Shown: positions 30,159 through 40,966 of the stretch, piece after piece | Numbering within the stretch: position 1 is the stretch's first letter | Layout of the letters: each line of letters opens with the position of its first letter | Source: an uncultured Acidobacteriota bacterium | Lineage (GTDB): Bacteria; Acidobacteriota; JAQAZP01 | Assembly (NCBI GenBank): GCA_963836075.1 | Contig: CAWIIB010000009.1 | Span: 768,001 to 832,000, forward strand | Length of the DNA: 64,000 nt | Direction: 5' to 3' | The notes under the pieces: model-generated | What the model saw: only the letters and a program-made list of their open reading frames with translations | What the model was told of the DNA's origin: nothing | Database searches by the model: none | Program-made: the position numbers and the translations under genes

Positions 30159-31520
30159 TCACTTTTCGTCTTTCGGCAGCAGGGCATCCACTTCGGAAGG
30201 TGTGATCCCCAGCTTCTCCGCGGCCACGATCCGGTCCCCGCCGAGAAACTTCACCGTGCGGGCCACGTGTTCACGTGTGGCCTCGTCGAGCGTCGAGGGG
30301 ATGAAGCCGCCGGCCTCCTCCCGCCCCAGCCTGATCCGCCGCAGCACGTAGTGGGGCAGCGAGGTGACGGTCATTGTGTCTCCCTCCACCTTGCGGATCG
30401 AGATGGAGATGATGTCGCGCAGTTCCTCGTGGTTGCCGGGGTAGTGGTAGCCCTGGAGCAGCTCGGCCAGCTCCGGGTCGAGATGCATCTCCCCCCGTCC
30501 CGCCTCGCGGGCCACGCGGGCCAGGAAGTGCTCGGCCAGCAGGGGGATGTCGTCGGGCAGCATGCGGAGCGGGGGCAAGTTGACCACGTTGGTCCGCAGG
30601 CGGTAGAGCAGCTGCCGGGAGAAGGTGGAGTCATAGGGGTCCAGGGTCAGGTCGCGGCTCGAGGCGGTGATCAGGCGGATGTCGATCTGCTGCACCTCGG
30701 TGCTCCCCTCGCGGTAGTACTCCCCGGTGCGGATCACCCGGTCCAGCCGGCGCTGCACGGCCTTGGTCATCCGGCCGATGTTGGCGATGAACATGGTCCC
30801 CAGGTGGGCCTGCTCGATGTATCCGGTGCGCCCCTCGCTGTCGCCCTGCCAGCCGCGGGCCACTCCGAAGAGATCGGCAGCGAACTGGTCCGGGTCGTGC
30901 GAGGCGGCGTTCACCGCCACGAAGGGGTGGTCCCGCCGGGGGCTCGCCTCGTGGATCACCCGGGCCAAGGTCCGCCGGCCGGTGCCCAGCTCGCCGCGGA
31001 TGAAGATGTTGAGGTTGCCGGCGGCCATCCGTTCCACCTGGTGGAAGATGCGGATCATCTTCGGGTTGCGGGTCTTCAGCCGGGCAAAGACCTCCTCGTG
31101 GTCCAGGTCGCCGCGGCTCAGCCGGGAGGGCAGCTTGTCCAGGCTGCTGTGCAGGGTGCGGGTGGTGATGGCCTTGCGCAGCACCTCGAGCAGCAGGTCG
31201 TCCTCCACCGGCTTGGCCAGGTAGTCGAAGGCACCGAGTTTCAGCGAACGCACCGCCAGGTCCACGTCGTTGATCCCGCTGAGCACCACCACCGGCAGGC
31301 CGAGTTCCTGGACCTGGAACTCCTTGAGCAGGTCGAACCCGCTGAGGCCGGGCATGTCGAGGTCGAGGATCATGGCGTCGAACTGCTGCACCCGCATCGT
31401 CTCCATCACCTGCTCCGGGTCGGTGATCACGGTGGGGTGGTAGATCTCGCTCTGGGTGAGGAATACCATCAGGTAGTTGGCCACCGCCGAGTCGTCGTCC
31501 ACGATCAGGATTTCATGCAT
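30159..31520 (-). CDS. NtrC-family response regulator (REC-AAA-HTH) with degenerate ATPase and GAFTGA motifs
   Basis: REC (ILIVDDD, LDLDMP, KP); GELGTGR, MFIANIG, LLYRL, YPGN..EL. Confidence 0.85.
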   Translation of the reverse strand: MHEILIVDDDSAVANYLMVFLTQSEIYHPTVITDPEQVMETMRVQQFDAMILDLDMPGLSGFDLLKEFQVQELGLPVVVLSGINDVDLAVRSLKLGAFDYLAKPVEDDLLLEVLRKAITTRTLHSSLDKLPSRLSRGDLDHEEVFARLKTRNPKMIRIFHQVERMAAGNLNIFIRGELGTGRRTLARVIHEASPRRDHPFVAVNAASHDPDQFAADLFGVARGWQGDSEGRTGYIEQAHLGTMFIANIGRMTKAVQRRLDRVIRTGEYYREGSTEVQQIDIRLITASSRDLTLDPYDSTFSRQLLYRLRTNVVNLPPLRMLPDDIPLLAEHFLARVAREAGRGEMHLDPELAELLQGYHYPGNHEELRDIISISIRKVEGDTMTVTSLPHYVLRRIRLGREEAGGFIPSTLDEATREHVARTVKFLGGDRIVAAEKLGITPSEVDALLPKDEK

Positions 31521-31538
31521 CGACGTTCCTCATGGCGG

Positions 31539-33536
31539 TCACGCGCCCGCCGTGGCGGGTGTGTTGTCGAGAGGGAGGTGGATGGTGAAGGTGGAACCCT
31601 GGCCGAGCTGACTGGCCACGTGGATCACACCCCGGTGCTCCTGGATGATGCGGAAGACGATGGAGAGCCCGAGGCCGGTGCCGCCGCGGGCCCGCTTGGT
31701 GGTGAAGAAGGGGTCAAACAGGCTCTTCAGGGTGGCCTCGCTCATCCCGATGCCGTTGTCCGTCACCTTGACCAGGATGCGGCCCGACTCCAGGGCCGAC
31801 GAGAGGCGGATCAGGCCCCGGCGATTGTCGAGCATCGCCTGGCTGGCATTGATCATCAGGTTGACCAGCACCTGCTCCAGCTTCTGCCCGTTGCCGGCAA
31901 AGGTGGGCAGGTCCTCCGCCAGGTCCAGTTCGATGTCGGCCTGCTTCTGCACCTGTTTCTCCACCAGCCGGACGCTGTCGCTGATCACCCGGTTGATGTC
32001 CACCTGGTCGTTGAGCAGCCCTTCCCCCTTGCGCACGAAACTCTTCAGCGAATCGACGATCCCCTTGATCCGCTCCGAACCCTTGGTGATGTCGGTGACC
32101 AGGGTCATCACGTGTTCGCGGAAGAAGTCGTATTTCAGGCGGGCCACCTTGAAGTCGGGGTTGTCGGCGTAGTGGGCGTCGGCGAGGGGCAGCAGGTCTT
32201 CCAGGGCCTGCTCGATGATCTTGATGTTGCCCCGGATGAACTGGTTGGGATTGTTGATCTCGTGCCCCACGCCGCTCACCAGCTGGCCCAGGGATTTGAG
32301 CTTGTCCGCCTGCTGGAGCTGCTGCTCAACAATCTTCTGGTTGGTGATGTCGCGGTAGAACTCGATGATCCCGTCCACCTCCTGGTCCTTGCTGAACACC
32401 GGCAGGGCGTGGACCTCGTAGTAGGTATCCCCCTGCTGGATCTCGGCGGTGACCGGGGCGCGGGTTTTTCGGATCTTCTCCAGGTGGCAGTCGGCACATG
32501 GAATACCCCGGTTGAACAGGGCCCGGTGGCAGGGCTGCCCCGGTTCCAGGTGGTCGCGGTTGGTCATGATGATTTCAAAGTTCTTGTCCAGCATCACCAC
32601 CTGGTCGGGGATGGCCCGGAACATGGTGTCCAGGGTCCGTTTCGATTCGCTGAACCCGCTGTGCACCTGGTCGAGGTAGGCGTTGACCCGGTCCAGCTTG
32701 CCCCGCTGGTCCACCAGCTCCTTGGTCCGGCTCTCGATGGTCTGCTCCAGGGCGGCCAGCTTGCGGGCGAACTCGCTGGCCTCCTCCTGCCGCATCTCCA
32801 GTGTGTCGGCCAGGTGCTGCCGCTCCAGAGCCATGCCGAGGAAGCGGGTGATCTCGTCCAGCAGCCGCTGTTCTTCGGGCAAGACCTCGATCTGCGGGTC
32901 GTCATAGCCGACCACGATCTCACCCACCGGCTCGCCGCTGACCCTGATGGTGCTTTTCACCACCCGGTCGGCCGATGGGCGGGCGCCGTATTCCTGGTTC
33001 CGGTATTCGGAATAGACCACCACGTGTTCGGGGAAGTGCATCCCCGGGGCCATGTACTTGGGGAACTGGGTGAAGAACTCCTGGATCGAGGTGGAATCGT
33101 GGATCCACTCGGCCACCGAGTAGAGGCAGGCCAGTTCCTTGGCCCGCTCCACCCGCTCCCAGTCCGACTTCAGGCCGAGCGTGCCCACGTCGGTGGCCAG
33201 GCTGGAGCGGAAGAGGAAGAGACGGCCGTCGTCGGTTTCGGTGGTACCGGTCTTGAAGACCACCGGCCGGCTGGCGTCCTTCGGTTTCCAGTAGACGGTG
33301 ATCTTCCGTTCGCCGGCGCCCACCCGGCCGGCACCCTGGCGGAACCGGCCGATGGCGTCGGGCTCGATCAGGTCGGCCAGATGAAGACCCGGCTGCTGGG
33401 GGTCGTCGATGCCGCAGAGCCTGGCCAGGGAAGGGCTGAGGTGCCGCACCTGTTCGTTCTCGTCGATGACCAGCAGGTAGTCGAAGCTGTTCTCGAAGAG
33501 GTTGAGCAGGTCTTCGAGGGAGATGCGCTCGGTCAT
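31539..33536 (-). CDS. Cytoplasmic PAS/GAF sensor histidine kinase (NtrB-like)
   Basis: GVGHEINNP H-box, QVLVNL..NA, DNGIG, FDPFFTTK, GTGLGL. Confidence 0.92.
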   Translation of the reverse strand: MTERISLEDLLNLFENSFDYLLVIDENEQVRHLSPSLARLCGIDDPQQPGLHLADLIEPDAIGRFRQGAGRVGAGERKITVYWKPKDASRPVVFKTGTTETDDGRLFLFRSSLATDVGTLGLKSDWERVERAKELACLYSVAEWIHDSTSIQEFFTQFPKYMAPGMHFPEHVVVYSEYRNQEYGARPSADRVVKSTIRVSGEPVGEIVVGYDDPQIEVLPEEQRLLDEITRFLGMALERQHLADTLEMRQEEASEFARKLAALEQTIESRTKELVDQRGKLDRVNAYLDQVHSGFSESKRTLDTMFRAIPDQVVMLDKNFEIIMTNRDHLEPGQPCHRALFNRGIPCADCHLEKIRKTRAPVTAEIQQGDTYYEVHALPVFSKDQEVDGIIEFYRDITNQKIVEQQLQQADKLKSLGQLVSGVGHEINNPNQFIRGNIKIIEQALEDLLPLADAHYADNPDFKVARLKYDFFREHVMTLVTDITKGSERIKGIVDSLKSFVRKGEGLLNDQVDINRVISDSVRLVEKQVQKQADIELDLAEDLPTFAGNGQKLEQVLVNLMINASQAMLDNRRGLIRLSSALESGRILVKVTDNGIGMSEATLKSLFDPFFTTKRARGGTGLGLSIVFRIIQEHRGVIHVASQLGQGSTFTIHLPLDNTPATAGA

Positions 33537-33559
33537 GGGTGGCCTCGGAAGAGTAGCTT

Positions 33560-33621
33560 GGGGACGTACATGAATTTATTCCTTTTTGGATTCAAAAAGG
33601 AATAAATTCATGTACGTCCCC
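33560..33621. repeat. REP/MITE-like palindromic element, short copy 3
   Basis: GGGGACGTACATGAATTTATTCCTTTTTG...CAAAAAGGAATAAATTCATGTACGTCCCC. Confidence 0.85.
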
Positions 33622-33628
33622 GCAATCT

Positions 33629-36600
33629 TTACTGCCGGGCGCCCACCCGGAAGTGCTCAAGCCCCACCTCGCGGACCGAGCGGCGGTAGAGCGCGCTGGC
33701 GTTGAACGCCGGCACCCGCGGGGCGGGGCGTGCCGAGGCATCGGCCACCACCAGGCTGCCGCTGCCGTCCCAGGCGTGCTCCTCGCCGGTGTTCCAGAGG
33801 AAGGGCAGGTGCGGTCCCAGGTGGCCACGAGCCGCTTCGGCGATACCGGCGGTGAGCGCCTCCACGTTGTCCGGCACGTCGAGGCCCAGCTGGGCGGCCA
33901 GGCCGGCCAGCACTTGCCAGCCGGCGGCGCCGGCGGGCGGTTTGACCGCCGGGCTGTAGCGGAGCACCCGACCCTCGAAGTTGCAGCGGGTGCCGCCGCT
34001 CTCCAGGAAGGTGCTCCCCGGGATGGCCACGTCGGCGAAGAGGGTGGTCTCGGTCTGGGCCCAGTCCACCGCGGCGAGGAACTCCACGCCGCCGAAGTAC
34101 GAGGCCACGCGGTCGGTGCTCATCGGGTCCTCGCTGATCACCAGCGCGGCCTTGATCTTGCCCTCGCGGAGCATGCCGAACAGCTCTTCCCTGGTCCTGG
34201 CCCCGGGAAGCCCGTTGGCCGCAACCCGGCCCACGGTAAAGGCCGGGTCGGCGCCGCTGATCTCCATCCCCGCGCCATTGGCGGCCAGGGAGGGGATGAT
34301 CAGTTCACTGGAACCGCCGCGGGCCCGGATCAGCAGGGCCAGGTTGGCCACCACCTGCAGGTCGCCGGGGGAGAGATCGCGTGAGCGGTCCGGGCACTGC
34401 ACCAGCACCACCTTCTTCGCCGCGGCGATCATCTCCGCCGCCTTTTTCGACTGTGACTGTTCCACGCCGGTGATCGAGCAGGTGGTGTCGGCGTCGTAGC
34501 CGGTGATGTGGTCGAGGAAGGCCTTGCCTCCGGGGAGCTGCTCCACGGATTCCCGCGGAAAGTGGCCCTGTTCAATCAGTCCCCGGGTGACGCAGTTCCA
34601 GAAGCGGGCCGCGGTACCCCGCATCGGGTCGAGATAGAGGTCGGCCAGATCGACCAGCGCCTGTTTCGTCGACCCGGTGACGATCAGCTTCGTGCCCGCC
34701 TTGGCCGCGTCGATGATCTCGCTGCCCAGGATCAGGAAGTAGTTCTGGGGATCGATGTTGTTGCAGATGATCAGGTCGGCGTCACGGAGCGCCGTGCGGT
34801 CGGCGGTGGAGGCGGTGAAGCCGAACGACTGGTCCAGCGCGCCGCTGGTGCCCCCGGTCTCCAGGATGGCGATGGAGGTGATGTTGTTGGTCCCCAGCCC
34901 CTCCCGGGCGATCCGCCCGGCCAGGTACATCTCTTCGTTGGTCACGTCGGGGTAGAGAAAGACGCCCACCGATTCGGGGCCGTGCTTCTCGGCCACGGCA
35001 CGCAGGCCCTCGGCCGCCCGCTTGTACGCCTCTTCGTGGGACACCGCACGGTGCTCCATTCCCTCCCTGATCCGCGGGCCGTCGAGGCGCTTGCCGCGGA
35101 TGAACAGTTCGGTGCCGAAGCGGCCGTCGTGACAGAGATACTCGCCGGGCACGCCCGAGGGACGGACGAAGTAGCGGGTGTCCGAGATGCCGCAGACGGT
35201 GATCGGGCAGCCGATGGAGCAGAAGCCGCAGTGGCTCTTCTCCAGCTCGAGGTCGAGAGCCGCCCGGCCTTCGTAGGCGAACTTGGCGCTGATGGCGCCG
35301 GTGGGACAGGCGTCGATACAGTTGCCGCAGGAGATGCAGCTGGTCTCCACCAGCGGGTCGTTCATCGCCGGGCGCATCTCGGCCTGGAAACCGCGGTTGA
35401 TCAGCCCCAGGGCCGAGATGGGCAGCACCCGCTCGCAGGTGCGGATGCAGCGGGCGCAGAGGATGCACTTGTTCGGGTCGTAGATCACGTAGGGATGGCG
35501 GTCGTCCACCTTGTGCTTGCGCACGTAGCCCTTGAAGTGGTCCATGTCCACTTCGTATTCCTCGGCCAGCAGCCGCAGGTCGCACCAGTCAAAGGCCAGG
35601 CAGCCGCAGGAGAGGCAGCGGTGCGGCCTCGTGTTCCATGTCCTCGTGGTCATAACCGGTGGACACCTCGGCAAAGCTGCCCTTGCGCTGCTCCACCGGG
35701 ATGGTGTGCACCTCGTGGCGCGGGCTCTGGGGGATCTCACCCAGCTCCTTCTTGCCCGGGCGGGCCCAGAACTCCTTGGTCACGCCGAACGGCTCCTGCT
35801 CCAGCGGTTCGCCGGAAAGGAAGGCGTGGATCGCCCGGGCCGCGCGCTGGCCGTCGCGGATGGCGTCGATGACCACCGTGGGGCCGTCGTCGGCCGCGTC
35901 GCCGCCGGCATACATCCCCTCGACGTTGGTTTCCATGGTCCTGGTGTCGATGTCGAAGGTGGCCCAGCGGGAGACGCCCGGCTCGGCCTCCTGGCCGCTG
36001 AGAATCTCTTCGATGAGCGGGGTCTGGCCGATGGAGGGCATGGCCCAGTCGCAGGGCAGGTCGAAGTCGGAGCCTTCCTGGGGCACCGGCCGGCGGCGGC
36101 CCGAGGCGTCGGGCTCGCCCAGGGTCATGCGCACGCAGCGCAGCGCCTTGAGACTGCCGTCCTCCTTGCGCACGATGCCCACCGGGGCCATCAGCTCCAT
36201 CAGCTCGATGCCCTCTTCGAGCAGGTCGTGCGACTTCCACTTCGTCGGCCGGCATCTCCGCCCGGGTGCGGCGGTAGAGCACGATCACCTTGTCGCGCCT
36301 TCAGCCGCCAGGCGGTGCGGGCCACGTCCACCGCGGTGTTGCCGCCGCCGATCACCACCACCGTGCCGGTCATCGGCTCGGGCTTCTGGGTCTTCTCCAG
36401 CAGGAAGTCGACGCCGCGCACCACGCCCGGGGTCTCGTCCTCGCCCTTGACATACATCCCCTTGCCGCCCGAGGCGCCGGGAGCGAGGAAGACCGCGCCG
36501 TGCTCGGCACGCAGCTGGTCGAGGGTGACGTCCTTGCCCACCCGCATGTCGCAGCGGATCTCGGCGCCGGCCTTGCGGATGTAGTCGATCTCCTCGTCCA

Positions 36601-37333
36601 GGTCGGCCTTGGGCAGCCGGTACTCGGGGATGCCGTAGCGCAGCATGCCGCCGGGCGCCGGCAGCGCCTCGTAGATCACCGGATCGTAGCCCTTGCGCCC
36701 CAGGAACCAGGCGGCGGTGAGGCCGGCCGGGCCGCTGCCCACGATGCCCACGCTCTTGCCCCGGGAGGGCTCGCGCACCGGGTCGTGGTCAAAGGCCTCG
36801 GGCATGTCGGTGACATAGCGCTTGATGTTGTTGATGCCCACCGGGGCGTCCACGTCGCAGCGGCGGCAGACCACCTCGCACTTGCGGACGCAGATCCGGC
36901 CGCAGATGCCGGGCAGCGGGTTGGTCTCGCGGATCAGGTCCACCGCCTTGCCGTACTCGCCCATGTCGGCCAGGGCGATGTAGCCCTGGACGTCCACGTG
37001 GGCCGGGCAACCCAGCGTGCAGGGGGCCAGGCAGTCGGCGTAGTGGTTGGAGAGCAGCAGCTCCAGCGCCGTGCGTCGCGAGCGCACGATCCGCTCGTTC
37101 TTCGTCGTGACCTTCATCCCCGGGGCCACCGGGGTGGCGCAGGAGGGGGCCAGGCCGGGCCGCCCCTCGATCTCCACCACGCAAAGGAAGCAGGAGGCGT
37201 AGGGTTTCAGTTCCGGCGAGTGGCAGAGGGTGGGGATGGTGTCCAGCTCGTGCTCCTGCACCACCTCGAGGATGGTCTGCCCCGCCCGGGCCTCGATCTC
37301 TTTGCCGTTGATTTCAAGGGTGATGGTGCTCAT
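33629..37333 (-). CDS. StnC-like large subunit: 2Fe-2S/4Fe-4S + GltD-like FAD/NADP domain + NuoG/Fdh-like domain (frameshifts near 36293, 36233, 35622)
   Basis: IPTLCH..CFLCVVE..SC; APCTLGCP, CGRIC..CE..C; GSGPAG, GGGNTA.D, YRRT; CILCARCIRTC, CISCGNCIDACP, CGFCSIGC; about 1230 aa when rejoined. Confidence 0.82.
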
Positions 37334-39143
37334 TCTCCCACCTCCTGGCCCGCGGGCTCTTCAACAAAGGTGGGGCAGGTTTTAAGCACCGCACCGAAGG
37401 TGCAGGCGGTGACGCACTTGCCGCACTTGACACAGAGTGACTGGTCCACCACGTGTATTTCCTTGGTTGCGCCGGTGATGGCCTCCACCGGACAGTCCCG
37501 GGCACAGAGGGTGCAGCCGGTGCAGGCTTCGGCGTCGATGACGTAGTCGACGAGGCTGCCGCAGCTGCAGGCCGGGCAGATTTTCTTGTCGATGTGCGCC
37601 GTGAACTCGTCCATGTAGTAGCGCATGGTGGAGAGCACCGGGTTGGGCGCGGTCTGGCCCAGCCCGCAGAGGCTGGCCTCCTTGATCCGCTCGCCCAGCT
37701 CAAGCAGCCGGTCCGGGTCGTCCGGCTCGCCCTCGCCCTTGACGATCCGCTCGAGGATCTCCAGCATCCGCCGGGTGCCGATGCGGCAGAAGGTGCACTT
37801 GCCGCACGACTCGTCCTGGGTGAAGTCGAGGAAGAAGCGGGCCATGTCCACCATGCAGGTGGTGTCGTCCATGACCACCATGCCGCCGGAACCCATGATC
37901 GCCCCGGTCTTGGGGATGTTCTCGAAGTCCACCGGGGTGTCCTTGAGTGCGGCCGGGATGCAGCCGCCCGAGGGGCCGCCCATCTGCACCGCCTTGAACT
38001 CGCGGCCCTCCTTGATCCCGCCGCCGATCCGAAGACGATCTCCTCGATGGTCATGCCCATCGGCACCTCGGCCAGCCCGCCCTTGGCCACCTTGCCGGCC
38101 AGGGCGAAGACCTTGGTGCCCGGGCTCTTCTCGGTGCCGTACTTGCGGTAGGCCGCCCCGCCGTTGGTGATGATCCAGGGCACGTTGGCGTAGGTTTCCA
38201 CGTTGTTGTTGTTGGTCGGTTTGCCGAAAACCCCCGACTCGGCGGGGAACGGCGGGCGGATGCGCGGCATGCCCCGCTCGCCCTCGATGGAGGCGAAGAG
38301 GGCCGTCTCTTCGCCGCAGACAAAGGCGCCGGCGCCCTGCTTGATGGTGATCTCGAAGTCGAAGCCCGAGCCGAGGATGTTCTTGCCGAGGTAGCCCTTC
38401 TCCCGGGCGGCGGTGATGGCCGTCTCCAGGCGCTTGATGGCCAGCGGGTATTCGGCACGGCAGTAGATGTAGCCCACCGAGGCGCCGATGGCCTTGCCGC
38501 AGACGATCATGCCCTCGAGCACGGCGTGGGGGTCGCCCTCCAGCACCGAGCGGTCCATGAACGCCCCGGGGTCACCCTCGTCGGCGTTGCAGACCACGTA
38601 TTTCACGTCGCCGGCATTGCCCGCGGCAAAGGACCACTTGAGACCGGTGGGGAAACCTGCTCCGCCGCGGCCCCGCAGACCCGAGCTCTTGACCTCCTCG
38701 ATCACTTCTTCGGGGGTCATCTCCAGCAGCGCCTTCCTCGTCGCCTGGTAGCCGCCGCTGGCCTCGTACTCTTCGATCGACTCGGGATTGATCACACCGC
38801 AGTTGCGCAGCACGATGCGGGTCTGCCCCTCGAGGAAGTTCTTCTCCTGGCCGGCCTCGACGGTGCCGTTGCTCGACTGGAAGACCATGCCGTCGGGCGG
38901 CTCCTCGCCGCCACGGAGATACTCGACGATGGCCTCGGCCTTCTTGGGCGTGACCTCGCCGTAGATGGTCCGCTTGTCGCCATCGCGCACCTCCACCAGC
39001 GGCTCGCGGAAGCACATCCCGATGCAGCCGGTGATGTCCAGCTGGTCGTCACCGCCTTCCAGCAGTTCGGCCAGCTTCTCGTATGTGTCCTTGGCGCCGG
39101 CGGATATGCCGCAGGTGCTCATTCCCACCAGGATCTTGCACAT
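37330..39143 (-). CDS. NuoF/HydB/StnB-like NADH-FMN subunit (frameshift near 38030)
   Basis: GLRGRGGAGFPTG, CNADEGDPGAFMDR, GAGAFVCGEETAL, ESCGKCTFCR, SLCGLG, C-terminal 2x4Fe-4S. Confidence 0.9.
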
Positions 39144-39163
39144 TCACTTACTCCATTCCCCGG

Positions 39164-39703
39164 TCAGCTGGCCGGGGTTGCCGGCGTTTCCGCCGGGGCC
39201 GGGGTCGGGGTCGCCACGGGAGGCCGTTCGCCGGCCAGGGCCTTGCGCCGGATCTTGCGCAGGATCCGCCGCGTGGTGCTCGGCTTGAGGTTGCCGTAAG
39301 TCTCGTCGTTGACCATCATCACCGGGGCCAGCGAGCAGCAGCCGATGCAGGCCACCGAGAAGAGCGTGTAGACCCCGTCCTCGGTGGTGTCGTTGACCTC
39401 GATACCCAGCTCGTCCTCAATGGTGTCCTGCAGCAGGCTGGCGTTGGCCACGTGGCAGGCCGTGCCGGTGCAGAGCCGGATCACGTACTGTCCCATGGGC
39501 TGCAGCCGGAACTGGCTGTAGAAGGTGATCACCCCGTAGATCGTCGACTCGGGGATGCGGGTCACGCCGGAGATGTACTTGATCGCCCGCCGCGGGATGT
39601 AGCCGAAGTGCTCCTGCGCCGACTGCAGGAGCGGGATCAGCTCTCCGGGCGTTCCGTCGTGACGCCAGAGACGATAACTGAAACCTGCTTCTTTCTGTTG
39701 CAT
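39164..39703 (-). CDS. NuoE/HydC/StnA-like 2Fe-2S subunit
   Basis: YGVITFYSQF, CTGTACHV, ACIGCCSLAP. Confidence 0.9.
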   Translation of the reverse strand: MQQKEAGFSYRLWRHDGTPGELIPLLQSAQEHFGYIPRRAIKYISGVTRIPESTIYGVITFYSQFRLQPMGQYVIRLCTGTACHVANASLLQDTIEDELGIEVNDTTEDGVYTLFSVACIGCCSLAPVMMVNDETYGNLKPSTTRRILRKIRRKALAGERPPVATPTPAPAETPATPAS

Positions 39704-39711
39704 GAAGACCC

Positions 39712-40698
39712 CTACATATCTTCCAGTTTGATGATGCCGGCTTCCTTGACCCGCAGAACCCCGTCGATCTGCGAGAGCTTCTCGATTATTTTCGGGGTTT
39801 TGCCGAAGGCGCCGACCTCGGAGATGATGCCGATCAGCTTGGTCCCGTCATCCACCATGTCACAGAACAGCACCTCGTCGAGGAAGGTCAGGGTGGTGAA
39901 GACCTGCTGGAAATATTCCTTGTCGATGTCGACGATGACATAGCTGCGAAGCGCCGACGGGTCGGGCGATTCGCCGTCAGCCGGCTCGCTCACCGCGGCC
40001 CTGTAAGTGGTGATGAACTGGTCCACGTGCCGGTCGAGCCGCGGGCGCTCCACCCGGGACAGCGAGACCACCTGCACGCCCTCCACCGAGCGAACCTGCT
40101 GCTCCAGTGCGTCCATCGCCGCTTCGTTGGTCGCCTCCAGCTGGCAGATGATGTCCACGTCTCCGCGCACCGCGTCGCAGGCCGCCATCCCCTCGAGGCC
40201 CCGCAACTCGCGATAGATCTCCATGTCCCGGCTGCGGTCCTCGATACGGATGGTGACATAGGCGGTCATCACCTCGCGGATCTCGGCCTCGGTTGCCTCA
40301 TCCCCGCCGTCGGCGGTGGTGGCCCCGGGCTCCAGGGCCTTCAAGGCTTCCACCAGCTGGGTGATCTCGAACGGCTTGTCGAGGAACCCGGTGTTCGGCT
40401 GGGCCAGGGCCTCGGCCTCGATCTGCTCGTCGCCGAACCCGGTGATGATCAGCACCGGCAGGTCGGGGAAGGTGCGCTTGATCACCTTGAGGATCTTCAG
40501 CCCGTCGATGTCGGGCATGAAGATGTCGGAGATCAGGTAGTGATACCCCTCTCCCGCCTGGCGGGAGCGGTGCAGTTCGTGGATCGCGGAGATGCCGTCC
40601 GGGCAGGCCGTGCAGGAGTAGCCTTCCTGGGTCAGGCCGAAGGTCAGGTTGCGGCGGATCTCCGCTTCGTCATCGATGATCAGGACACGCTGGCTCAC
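39712..40698 (-). CDS. Response regulator: receiver plus Lrp/AsnC ligand-binding-like domains
   Basis: VLIIDDE, DIFMP, ITG, KPF; then CDAVRGDVDII-type beta-alpha-beta domains; GTG start after GGAGG. Confidence 0.8.
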   Translation of the reverse strand: MSQRVLIIDDEAEIRRNLTFGLTQEGYSCTACPDGISAIHELHRSRQAGEGYHYLISDIFMPDIDGLKILKVIKRTFPDLPVLIITGFGDEQIEAEALAQPNTGFLDKPFEITQLVEALKALEPGATTADGGDEATEAEIREVMTAYVTIRIEDRSRDMEIYRELRGLEGMAACDAVRGDVDIICQLEATNEAAMDALEQQVRSVEGVQVVSLSRVERPRLDRHVDQFITTYRAAVSEPADGESPDPSALRSYVIVDIDKEYFQQVFTTLTFLDEVLFCDMVDDGTKLIGIISEVGAFGKTPKIIEKLSQIDGVLRVKEAGIIKLEDM

Positions 40699-40966
40699 AG
40701 ACAATCCTCCCCACCCGCCACGGCTGTTCACGTGACGCCGGCAGAATCATTAGGGTTGGCCCGCCGGAACGACAACCGCCCACTGGGGCCACATGGAAAG
40801 CCAATACTACATAAACACTTAGGGGTGAATCAACCAGGGATATCCGGTATCGGGAAGGAGAAAGGGGAGAATCGGAATGGTGGATAAGTCAAGAGGATTT
40901 AAGAGGAAGGGGGGGGGAGTGGGGTGAGGGAGGTGGGATCGGATTCAAACCTGGGTCAGCGCAGCA

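Noticed and set aside
30267-33605. 1112-aa plus-strand ORF and similar long antisense ORFs (e.g. 6802-8670, 45455-47368, 47275-48894)
   Set aside because: Shadow frames opposite well-supported genes, expected in high-GC coding DNA; no recognisable motifs.
35589-38030. Programmed frameshifting or true pseudogenisation of the oxidoreductase genes
   Set aside because: No slippery heptamers or in-frame stops noticed and motifs are intact; sequencing error is more parsimonious.
33629-39703. Respiratory complex I or [FeFe]-hydrogenase
   Set aside because: No membrane nuo genes, no H-cluster motifs, and a GltD-like insertion points to an Stn-like enzyme.
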